The notes under the pieces: model-generated
The model's database searches: none
Told to the model about the DNA's origin: nothing
Seen by the model: only the letters and a program-made list of their open reading frames with translations
Position numbers and translations under genes: made by a program
Shown here: one piece after another, positions 37,701-49,121 of the stretch
Numbering within the stretch: the first letter of the stretch is position 1
Layout of the letters: each line of letters begins with the position of its first letter
Assembly (NCBI GenBank): GCA_030167865.1
Contig: JALAGF010002141.1
Location: 1-64,000, forward strand
Length of the DNA: 64,000 bases
Direction of reading: 5' to 3'
From: Craspedostauros australis
Taxonomy: Eukaryota

Positions 37701-38127
37701 GCATGTTGACGCTGCGGGCGATCTTGCTGACCTTGCCGACCTTGATGTTGGCATTTGCCCTGAGGGCTTCGGCGGCCTCCGTGTCCTCCTCGATGTGGGG
37801 ATCGAACTGCTCGAAGATGTCGGTGGGGAGGTGCGTGGGGCGCTGCTCCGGCGAGAGGTAGCCGAGCTCCAGTCCCAGCGCTCCCATGCGCGGGTAGACG
37901 TCATTGCCCTCTACAGCATGGCTGCTGGTGGTGCTGGTTGCTGGGGTGGCATTGTGGTTTGGGTGGGCATGAGCGTGCGTGTGCGCATGGGAGCGCGAAT
38001 GCGCCTGCGAATGGATGGCATCGTCTCCGTAGAGTGCGTCATTGTCGCGGTGGTTGAAGGCATCTCCGGAAAGACCGCTCGCGCCGCCGGAACGCTCTCC
38101 CACAACTCTCGATGGATCTGTTGACAT
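34756..38127 (-). CDS. Phosphatidylinositol-4-phosphate 5-kinase, 3 exons (38127-37125, 36830-36309, 36119-34756)
   Basis: FKFKDYAP, SNAKSGQFFFYSSDGKYMIKT, LLPKFYG, YDLKGS, LKDND, IMDYSLLVGIH and YMGIIDILQQY motifs. Both introns (37124-36831, 36308-36120) are GT-AG and frame-consistent. Confidence 0.92.
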
Positions 38128-39914
38128 GGTGGTTCTGGTTGCTTTGCACTTCTTTCTCTCTTTCTTTCTCACTCTCTTGCTCTGGTCTCCTTGAATCTGT
38201 GTGTGTCTCTCTCTGTCTGTCTCTCTCTGTTAGTTTATGTGTCTGTGTGTGTGGAGTGAGTTGCTGTTGGTTGGTTGTTGGTTGCGTGTGTGGATTGTGA
38301 TTGCTGCTTGCTATTGGAATGCAGAGTGCGTATGGTCGAGTGGAGTCCTGTTGTCAGGTGGCAGGTCACTGCTATGTCTCTTGTTGGATGAAGGCAGGCA
38401 GACGCAATGCCGTTTCCCCTCTACACTTGTGTGGGTTTGCCACGTCGGTATTCCGCCCCTTCTTGGTTACCTGTTGCCTGTTATCTGCACCAGTCGTAGC
38501 CTTGGTGGTATCGATGGTTTCTGTGCCTGGTTTGGCTTGCGCTTGGCTGTGCTTCCCACTATCTCCTGTGATTGTGCTGAGGTGGAAAGTAATGCGATGC
38601 ACTCACTTGGCTGAGGTCCGCTTCCAATCCAGGAATCCGACTTCTCTTGCTTCCGCTTCGGTCTGAGATCGGAGCTGCTTTGCTTCTTCTTCTTGCCTCT
38701 TTTGCTTCTTGGCTGCACTCTGCTGTATTCGCTATTGCCGCCAATGTGCTTGTCTCCGCAACACCGACTGCCTTGGTTGTGATCACTCTGGGGTACAGTA
38801 TTGGATGTCGACGATGTTTGCAATGCGATGGGATGATGTATGGTCATAAGAGGACCAATGGGTATGAGCTTTGTCGGAGTATGTACGAAACAATCCAAGA
38901 GGACTCCTTTCCGCGCGTTGTCCCCTTGGGAGATTCCTCCTTCTTTCCCTTGTGTTCTTGTCACAACCGCTCTGTTCCCAACTCCACACACACAAATGAA
39001 CAACCGCGGACGCAAACAGCGGCGAGTTCTGGCACTTTGCCAACGCGCACGCTGTCGCTGCCTTGCGTGCAGGTGCTCCTTCTCACACACACACGCACAA
39101 CAGTGAAAAAAGACGGAATGGTTTCGAGATGTCTTTGGTGCTTTGCGATGCTGCGGACAACGTGTCGCAGCGTTGTCTTGCGCATGTCTTATTGCGGATT
39201 CCCTTCCACGCAGATTCGTGCGTGACACATCGAGTGATAAAGTCCCGAGTAGGGACATGGCAGGTCGTGTTTTGGGAAAGCATGATTGGTTGAATCGTGT
39301 CGCATCCAGAGCGCGCCGCATCAACAGTCCATGCCATTTCTTCAGTACGCGAAACACATTCCATTCACGGATGATTCAATCGCGCTCTTGACTGAGCGGC
39401 ATACGGGAATGATGACGTCATGTATTGCGACAACGTGATGACTGCGTCAGTCACCAACACGGATCACATCGAACATCACCATGGCACCATGGCAAAAGGA
39501 GAAGTTGGTGATGACGATGGCCATGTCGGCGGTGGGATCGACAGCGATGACCGCCACAGAACCACCAGCTGCGATGCTGCGCGTGTCAGAAAGGATCCAA
39601 CCAAAAGGAAGATGGGGAGCGGAATGTTCTGCAAGCGAGAACAAATCACCTCTCTTCGAATTGATTTTCGGAAGCAGGAGGAAAGAGAGACAACACAAGC
39701 AGAGGAGTGCGGAGAGGCGCAAGAACTAAGAACAATATCCTTGTTGCATCCGCGTGCAGTCTCACATCACATCACTGCCATCACATCACAATCTCAACAC
39801 AATCCTATCTCTGACCAACGTGAAGCCAATTCAATCGAAGCAAAGTTGAGCAAACATCATCAAGCATCATCAAGCATCACCAACGGCATATCATCATCAG
39901 AATAGCGAACCAAC

Positions 39915-42851
39915 ATGAGGATCGCTCCGGCAGCATGGATCCTCGTTGGATCTGCGACGATGTCGCATGGTTTTGTCCATCCGACACCCAGCGGGTTCAT
40001 CGCCAACACGCCAAAGCAACCAGCATCCTCGTCTTCCATGCCTGACATCTTCGCCTTGCGGCAGAATCAAAGATCCATCCATTTTGCGGTGCGAGATGGA
40101 CTGACGTCCGCCGATGAAGGATCTGGAGCGGAACGTCCGCGGAAGCGCGATCGCTTCCAACGCGATATGTGAGTTCCATACTCAACAACACATGACGAGA
40201 GTACTCTGCTTTATTGCACTCTTCCATGAGGGAATGCATGCTTGGGATGCTGCGGAGTGCTTCTATGAAGCAATGACTGGGCACAGCATGTCGTCATCCA
40301 ACTGTCGCAATGATGCGTCCTTCGAATGCTCACATAATCCAACCCATTCTCTTGCACTACACCTCTCTCGACTCTCTTTGCAACTGCGGTACGGCCACTA
40401 TCAAACGACTCCATTCCTGACACTTGCCCAACACATCACCCACACTATCACCTGCCTTGCCATCGCAGATTGCGCAAGGTCGGATTTTCATCTCCCAACC
40501 GCAAACGTAGCTACAGAAATGGTGGCTTCGTTTCGTCAGATGCACCTGCCGCAGGACAATTGCAATTGCAATCGCGCAGCAAAAGCACTCTGCTGCAAGC
40601 AAAGAAGGATGACGGCACCGAGAATGAACAAACGAAGTCAAAGCCGAGCCGTCTGGCAGAATGGAAAGACTCCGTCGTCGCATCCATCATGGAACGCATC
40701 CCGCAGCCCGTCATCGACTTCCTCTCCAACCTCTTCATCCGATTCACCAACTTCTTCCCCAGCCTCAAAATCATGGTGCTCAGCTTCGGTTGCGGTGTCG
40801 TCTTCGCCTTCTCGGCAATCTTCGTACCCATCTACACCAGCCTCGAGTCGCTGTCGCAGCCCGTCGCGCTATTTGAGACCATTCTGGCGGATTTGGAAAC
40901 GGGATACGTCGATCCAGTGGACACGAACAGGCTCTTCGAGACGGGCATCTCGGCCATGTTGCGGTCGCTGGATCCATACACGGAGTTTGAGACCAAGGAG
41001 GATGCCCAGCAGCTCACCGAAGGCATTCAGGGCAGATACGGCGGGGTGGGATTGGTCATCTCCGGTGCCACTCCCAACGACCTCACCAAGTACAAGGACA
41101 AATACGGCGATCCCAAATTGGCGCAGCAGCAGCGGCAGGCAGACCAGGAGGAAAAGGAGCAGGACGGTGTTCCGATTGCACAAGATATGCCGTCAACAGG
41201 TGATGCAACGAATGGCAATGACGATTCTGCGGCAGATGATTTCACCACCATCTCTGCTGACAGCCTGGGCGATGACAGCAAGTCAACAACGAACAAATTG
41301 GACGCAGAAGAAGACAAGCGAATTCGACGTACGGTCCAGAAAGGCATTCGTGTCGTGTCGGCGTTTGAAGGATACGCCTTTGATTACGGCATGCGCGTCG
41401 GCGATCGTCTCGTTTCCATCGATGGCACGCCGATTGTGACGGGAACCTCGGTGGAAGATGTTCGCAATCTGCTGCGCGGTGAGCCCAACACGATGGTCTC
41501 CATCAAGTTCGAACGAGAAGGCGTCAAGGGCGTGCAGGAGGTGACGATGCCACGCACCATCGTGCGCCTACGCGACGTCAAATTAGCCACCCTGGTGGGC
41601 AAGCCTTCCGATGGCATCGGGTACATCCGGTTGTCTGGCTTTGCTGCCAATGCCGGGGCGGAAGTGCGACAGGCCATCTTCGCACTGGAGGGGGCTGTGG
41701 CGGACGCGACGAATGGGGAACTGCCGCTGCAGAGTCTGATTCTGGATCTGCGTGGCAATCCGGGAGGTCTGCTCACATCAGCCGTCGATGTTTCCTCTCT
41801 CCTCGTGCCCAAGGGCAGCGAGATCGTGTCGGCGAAGGGACGTGGATTCCCCGGTCTCCTCTACAAGAGCCGCGCTGATCCCATCCTCGATCCACGCACG
41901 AAGCTGGCTGTTCTCGTGAACGGCGGAACCGCCAGCGCCGCAGAGATCGTGTCGGGCGCAGTGCAAGATCTGGACGCCGGCATCATCGTCGGCAGTGACC
42001 GGACCTTCGGCAAAGGCCTCGTGCAGAACGTGGAGGAATTGCCGTTCGACACGGCTCTCAAGTTCACCGTCGCCAAGTACTACACGCCATCCGGTCGTTG
42101 CATCCAGGGCGTGACCTACACGGAGGGTGGAGGTCTCAAGTCCGAGGACAACGGCAAGTACAAGGCCAAGAAGGTGGAGGATAAGGACCGGCAGGTGTTC
42201 TACACCACGGCCGGTAGAGCCGTGCGCGATGGTGGTGGAATCGAGGCCGATTACAAGGTCGAAGCACCCAAGGCATCGGCCCTCGAAGTCACGCTGCTTG
42301 GTTCGGATGCATTCAGCGAGTTCGCCTCGCAGTGGAGCCGCCAGAACGAGCTGACGCAAAACTTCGAGGTCGACGACCGAATGTACGATGAGTTCCAACG
42401 GTTCGTGGCCAGCAAGCAGCAGAAGGGCGAGATCAAGCTCGAGGCGTTGTACTCGGGGCCTTTGGACAAGCTGAAGACCATCCTGGAGCAGAGCGAGTAC
42501 AAGTCTTCAGAACGCGAGGTGGAGCGGTTGCAAAGGTACATCGTGGAGGAGATCCAACGCGACTTTGGGAAGTACAGCAAGGACATCAAGGAGGACATCG
42601 CCAACAGCATCCTGGCAAGGTACCTGCCCGAGAGCATGCTGCTGGAGCGCGACCTGAAGACCGATCAGCAGGTGCAGGAAACGGTGAAGCTGCTGAAGAC
42701 GGACAATGGATTCGAGAAGGTGCTTGCCAAAGGTAACCAGCGAGATCAGGATGCGCCTCTCGCGCAGTCCCCAGGTGAGACGCAACTCGCATCATCCAAG
42801 CAGAACGCCGACGAAAGCACGAACGGAGCCAAGGTCACGATGCAGTTTTGA
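39915..42851 (+). CDS. S41A C-terminal processing protease (CtpA/Prc family) with PDZ domain, predicted plastid-targeted, 2 exons (39915-40168, 40469-42851)
   Basis: Signal peptide ending SHG-F plus a transit-like region. LDPYT, GVGL (PDZ), GYIRL, LILDLRGNPGG, TASAAEI (catalytic Ser) and TFGKG (catalytic Lys). Intron 40169-40468. Confidence 0.9.
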
Positions 42852-44042
42852 GATTAAGCTCGAGCAAGTTGTTGGGCTGATACTCGTAGATGGTGGGATT
42901 GATCATGTACAGAGTAGTCTACTAGCGCGAGAAGGCAACAAGAAGCAGAGATAACCCATGTACGACTAATCTACAGTACCTACTACAGCTCTATTCAACG
43001 TCCACCACCTCAGCCTGTCCTTGACACACTGCTCTCCTCTACACGCCTTCAGAGTTCACAGCACTATACTCTTTGTGAACCTGTGATTTGTGGCAACTCC
43101 TCCTGCTTCTTCCACAACTCTCCAGAGAGTATAGTACTCCCACGCAATCACTAACGCAATCACAGTTGCAACCACCATGGGTGCAGTTGTTCGCGAGTAC
43201 TCTGCGCACACCAAATGCTCTTTTTGGGCTGATTCTGATTGCCTCGCGATTTTGTCCGTGAGCCAGATTTTGTGAGCGGGACAGTTTCGTGCCGCCACGG
43301 ATTTAACGGTCATCTTCGGAAGCAGTCGTGACTTGCCAACAGCCAACTTATTTGTATGCATATATGAATAAATTGTAATGAAGCTGTGTTGTCTTTCACA
43401 ACCTGAAAATAACGAGCGTGTGTTGATCACGATGGTGGCATGGCGCTTGTAACATCAACGAACACAACAGGGATGGAGCGCGAGCGGAGCAACACAACCG
43501 CTGGAACATGTGCAGGCAACGCAGAGGCGAATGGGACGAGCAAAAAGGAAGACACCGTTATCATCTTGGCACTTCACAACGCAACACAATGGAACCTGAC
43601 AGACGCCAGAAGCGCACTCTACCATCATCCATCTCCACACCTTCTCCGACATCTGCATCTGCACCAACACATCCATCTGCAACAGCGTGCACATCAGCCA
43701 TCGCAGACCTCATCAACAACAACACCATTCACAGCAGCAGCAACAACAGCAAGAGCAACAGAGCGAATTGCCGTCGAGAGCTTGAGCAAGAATCACGCGA
43801 GAACCTCCCAAGAATAACGCAGACAACGACCAAATCACACGCCGATTCCCAACTTCCGAGTGCGAACAAAGAAGACGAAAGGCAAGGGTCAGAGAGCAAA
43901 GGAGCCAAGGAGCAAAGGACTGAACCCAAGGGACGAACAGGCGATCCAGTTGAATGCCCGGAGAACACCACAGACTCCAACAATCAAGAAGAAGTAACCC
44001 AGACGCCCACTTTCTCTGTAGAACGTCCCATCGACCATCAGC

Positions 44043-45250
44043 ATGGCAGCTTCACTTTGCGGACAGACAATATCGTCCACACGAGGCCTGTTGGCGTCGC
44101 TATGGTCTCTCGTGATACTACTCACGTGGATATCGTTCTTCTCGGCCTTGGTCTATGCCACTTCATCAGCCAATGACGACGACAGCAATCAGAACAACTA
44201 CAATTACAACAACGATCAGGACGAGAACAACAGTCAGGACAACTACGAGTACCAGCCCGAGCTGGTCGTCACATCCAGAGCGTTGGCCTTTGCGGCCCTA
44301 TGGACCTTCGTTCTGTCCCTGCTGCTTTCGATATTCGGCACTGTGGTCTTGGGATGGCAGAGCCCAACGGGACAGTACTACACCTGCTGCTCCAGCAACG
44401 TGCACCGAACGACGCCCTTGGGACTGGGGTCCTTCATCGGGGCGTTGATCATGTTTGGCAATCTCACGTTGATCTGCTCCGTCTTGTTCGGAGAATTTGA
44501 GGTACGGGGGTCAACGAGGAGTGTGAAAAGAAGCGAGATGCGGAGGTGCCGAGCCAATCTCAGAGAGGCATCGCTGTTGCGGAGTTGTCATTGCTGTGGC
44601 GGAAAGAACGAGTGTATCTGGAGGAACTGGTATTCCTCTGCACAACGATGGCTACATGCCTGCTTCTATCCACCATTTTGTGCGGAATATTGGTAGAACT
44701 GGTCTGAACACCACAGACGGTTCATTTTCCTCTCGTCCCAGCCACATGCGCACACCCACAACAGCAGATCAGCGATCGCACTTTTCATGTTCTCACTGTC
44801 TCTTTCAATCCTTTGCTTTTTCTGCTCTGCCATACTCTGCATCATGTTCACTCCGCTCCACATCAATTCACTGCAACTACTAAAACAACTTCAATTGTTC
44901 GCACCCGCGTCATGGATCAGGTCCGAGACTTCCGAGAAGGTGAAGATCGGGGCAACGGCGATGGGGGTAGCAGCAGCTACGCCAGAGCCGACCGATCATC
45001 AATAGCGTTCTCAATCATGTGCGTCTTCCTCACGTTGCTGTATGCTGGCTTTGCTGCGTTGACATTCTCCTTTGCGCACAACGTAATACAGGAGCAAGAG
45101 CAGGACGTGCTGGAGGAAGCGAGGATGCCACGCAAGAACACTGGAACCTTTGGCTACAACGGCTACATCGGCGAACGTTTCGATGTTGCACGGTCAAAAC
45201 GCAGCGCGGGCTTCGTTCCGCAGACATCACCTGACGCAACACTCACGTGA
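44043..45250 (+). CDS. Hypothetical four-TM membrane protein, 2 exons (44043-44501, 44921-45250)
   Basis: Four hydrophobic segments with an N/D/Y-rich first loop. Phase-0 GT-AG intron 44502-44920 gives GEFE-VRDF. Confidence 0.78.
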
Positions 45251-46649
45251 GGACGTCTGCACTGGCAGACACCGTGCGGTACAACACCGTCGTCTCTCGC
45301 TTCTGCGTCTGCGTGCATTCGCACTATGCAAGCATGAGGATGCGTCTTCAGGAATGGGTCGGTGCTGATGGAAGAATTGTCGTCACATGCACACAACCGT
45401 GAGCATACGTACGAGCGCGAACATACGTACTTGGCAATCAACGGAGATCGGTGTTGGATGTGACCATCAAGTGTGGTGCAGTATCAGCACAACAACCGTT
45501 GACATTGAGTGAACAAGCGAAGCAACCACACTTGTGCCGGTGGATACTCGCACCAGCAACCTCGCCGGCATGTATGCAGGCGCACATGCAAGTCGGATGC
45601 ACAGCACCATGCATATCGCATTCGGAGGCTGCTGCAGACGGACGCATTGGCGTTCCATCAACCGCGACCTCGTGCATGCGTAATCCTTCAATCGTACAGA
45701 GGACCCAGTTCTATACGGTAAAATAGGAAAGTGCAATCATATCAGAGATGGAACTTGTGGTTGCTGCAAGGATGGCTCATCATCGACGTGCACACGTAGA
45801 TGTTGGAGAGGATAGTGGAGTATCCCTTTTGTTCCATCGATCATGTATCACCTCATTGCTGCGTCAATCTGGAGGCCTCATCGCGACACATGTCGCTGCC
45901 ATGCACATACGAGTACAGCAAGGAACTCTTGCACTTCGCCGAACAGACGCTTCTTCTCCTCGTGAGGAGATGGATGACGATCACCAAGCAACCACATCGT
46001 CATCGTCATCCTACCTGGCATGACACCGGACAGCATTGGACAGCAACAAACAACACTCGACGACTCTGGACACCACAAACAAGACCGAAAAGCGAGGCGT
46101 TATCACCAAAGATACCTTTTCGGAGACATCCGATCGACTCGTACGACTAAATTATCCACAAGAACAAAAGGAAGAATCCAACGATCAAAAAACTGTCATG
46201 TGACTTCGTGACTTGGGCGTTGTGAAATGACCGATGGGTCACTCACACAGCCGCGGCGCGCACAATTTCGTTGAGAAAAAGATCCGGCTGGTCACAAAAC
46301 CAGAACAGTTGACCCACGCAGAGACCGTGAGGAAAAGAGTTCGTCGATCCTTGCCTTTGCCAATCTCGTCCCGTGTGGATACGAGCTGCCGCACCATTCA
46401 CAATCACTGCTCTGTTGCGGTGCAACCACAAACACACAACGCAACCGCACAGAGGAGATAATTGCTGCGACAGACAGAGCTTTTCGTGTCCTGTCACAAA
46501 TTAGTCACAACTTCGCAGCCCAGTGTTCGTACATTGCTCGACAACCCATCAGCTTCACTTCACTTCGCGCTTCAATTCACTTCGCATACCAACATCGACA
46601 GCGACAGCAACAACAACAACAACAGTAACAAACAAACACACACTCCACC

Positions 46650-48344
46650 ATGTCTGATGATGATTCCAACGATGGCTCCGAAGACGAGCGCATGAAGAAG
46701 CTCCTGGCAGCCTGGGACGACGACGGCGACGATGACGACGACGACGACGATTCCTCGGACGATAGCGACGACGAGGATGACGAGGGAGAGGCCCAGAGAG
46801 GGGCCACGAAGCACGACCTCAACCTTTCCGACAACGTGCTGGACCACATCGTCCTCGCCGCCCCTGATCTCCAGGAGGCCATGAAGGAATTCTCGGCCAT
46901 GACCGGCATCGAGCCATCCGTCGTGGGATCTCTCCGAGGTCTGGGAACCAAGAGCGCCCGCGTGGGCCTCGACAACAATGCCTACATCGAGATCGTCGCT
47001 CCCGATCCGAAGAATTCCGGCCCCATCGGAGCCTCCCTCGCCGCCGAGCTCGAGGAGGGAACGCTCGTTCCCTACCACTTCGCCATCCGATCCAGCGACA
47101 TCGAAGACATGAAGGACGACTACGTCCCCAACGAGCTCGGATGGCAGCCAGACCACATCTCCATGTTCGGCGCCAGCCCTGACGGCACGCCCAAGAAGTG
47201 GGAGATGCTCTACATGTACGGCCACAAGTGCGGAGGCTGCGTGCCATTCTACATCGACTGGGGCGAGTGCGACCACCCAACCGCATCCATCCCAGAGGTC
47301 GGCGCCCTCAAGGCGCTCGTCGTCCGAGCACCAGCAGGACACAAGGTCCACGAGCTGCTGGAAAAGGTCGACGGCATCGAGGTCCAGGAAGGAGATCCAC
47401 TGCTCGAATTCTCCTTCGGCAGCCCAGAGGGAACCATCACCTTCTCCGCCGACAATCCAAAGGGGATAAAATTCCCAGGCTTCGAAGAGGCCGCCGACAG
47501 CACCAACGACGACGATGCCCCATCATCCGACCAATACAAGTTCCCAGGTACGCCACCGACTTGTTTCGCTTCACAGCCTGCTGCTCCATGTTTATTTGTT
47601 CACGCATCTACTTGATCGATAGGAACGCTGCTCCAAACGCTTTGTGTTGATGAGCAACATCAATTCATATCAAAGATCCAATGCAATCCATCCGCTGGCT
47701 CACGCACTTGCTCGCTCATGCACTTACTCACACATACGTAAATACATCGGCGTCTCTTCTTCTCTATTTGTCTACCATCCATCCATCCATCTCTTTGCCT
47801 ATCCACAACTACAACGCGACCTCCCTCCCTCAATCTCACATCTCGCAGGCATGCCAGAGCTGCTCCCAACATCTGGAGCTGCTGACGCAGTCAAGACAGA
47901 CAAGGCGGACGATGATAGCGACGACGACGACGACGATGATGATGATGATGATAAGGACGACAGCGATGATGGCTCTGTGGAGGTTTCGGATGTAAGTGTG
48001 ACCGCTCGCCTACCGCCAGCAACAGAATGCAACAAGCACACAACAACGCGAATGGTTATCGCCACCATCGCCTCTAGTCTCGTTCAGTCATTGTGTGGTG
48101 TCTGCTGTCCATGCTTGCACACTCATGCTTTGACGAAGAACCTGTTTCTCACTTCGCCTCTCCGACGCCTTCCCTCTCTCTCCTCTTCCTCTTCTTACGT
48201 TCTCACCACGCATGCTCATAAACACCATATACAATGCACTGTGCTGTGGTACTGTGCCTTGTCTTATGCATACTTCCCTCACAACCACAGGTCGATGGCG
48301 GTGATAGTGACAGCGATAGTGACAGTGATAGCGACAGCGATTAG
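46650..48344 (+). CDS. Glyoxalase-like (VOC, Glyoxalase_3-type) domain protein with Asp/Ser-rich termini, 3 exons (46650-47547, 47849-47991, 48291-48344)
   Basis: LDHIVLAAPDL...GLGT...YIEIVAPDP...PFYIDWG...HP core. Introns 47548-47848 and 47992-48290 are in frame. The last exon encodes VDGG(DS)6D-stop. Confidence 0.85.
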
Positions 48345-49121
48345 GCATTGTACCCCTGCATCTCTACCGCAATCACAACCAAACTCGAACATAATGTCCC
48401 AACTCAAGGATGACGATGACAAGGTGCAGATGAAACGTCTCTGTGCTATCAGGGTGATGCCATCGACTGCGGTGTGCGATTCTCGTCATGGGAACGTTCG
48501 CTCGGATGACGCACGGCAGTGGGACGAGTATCGTACTTGTATGGGCACTCTCCTCTTGCCTACCTATCAAGGCACGACGTGCCTCGGCTGCATCTCCTCA
48601 ATCATCCACAATACCCCACTGCTCTCTGTGCTTCGTGTACCTCTGGACAGGATCCTCTCACGTGCTGGGTTCTACGAAGATCTGATACATCACACTTAAC
48701 AATCTAGCTTTCATTTCTCGACCTGCACAAACCAATCGAATGACAAAGGCTTCTCTTCGTTGCCACCGCACTCGTTCCTTTGTGTCACGTAGTACCATGC
48801 CAATACTGCACTTTCTTTTCATCACACATGTGCAACTCTCATGATCTTTGCTGCCATCAAGTCCAAGCGTCTTTCATCGTCACTGGAGTAGGTACGAACG
48901 AGGCATCCTCTGATCGTTAATCTCTGCTCGTGCCCCCTCAGCAGCACTGCCACTGGCACGATCGTGGTGTATTGATGGAGCAGAGTAGAACAGAGCGCAA
49001 CGAATACACACCATACAATGCTCATATGCTATGCAATGTTGTGGTATGCTAGCGTAGCTCCTATAATATGTTACATATATGCATTGTGCCATTTGTACCC
49101 AATGTGCCTTTCTTGTGTTAT

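Noticed and set aside
37093-38124. Long antisense ORFs (also 24138-25022, 49068-50306, 56435-57574, 60305-61033, 62491-63486)
   Set aside because: Shadow frames of real genes on the opposite strand, caused by GC-rich codon bias.
38467-39905. ORFs in the PIP5K / S41 divergent intergenic region
   Set aside because: No domain signatures or coding-like composition.
47644-48699. 351-aa ORF downstream of the glyoxalase exon
   Set aside because: Only 47849-47991 is coding in this frame (exon 2). The rest reads through intron, exon 3 in another frame, and 3' flank.
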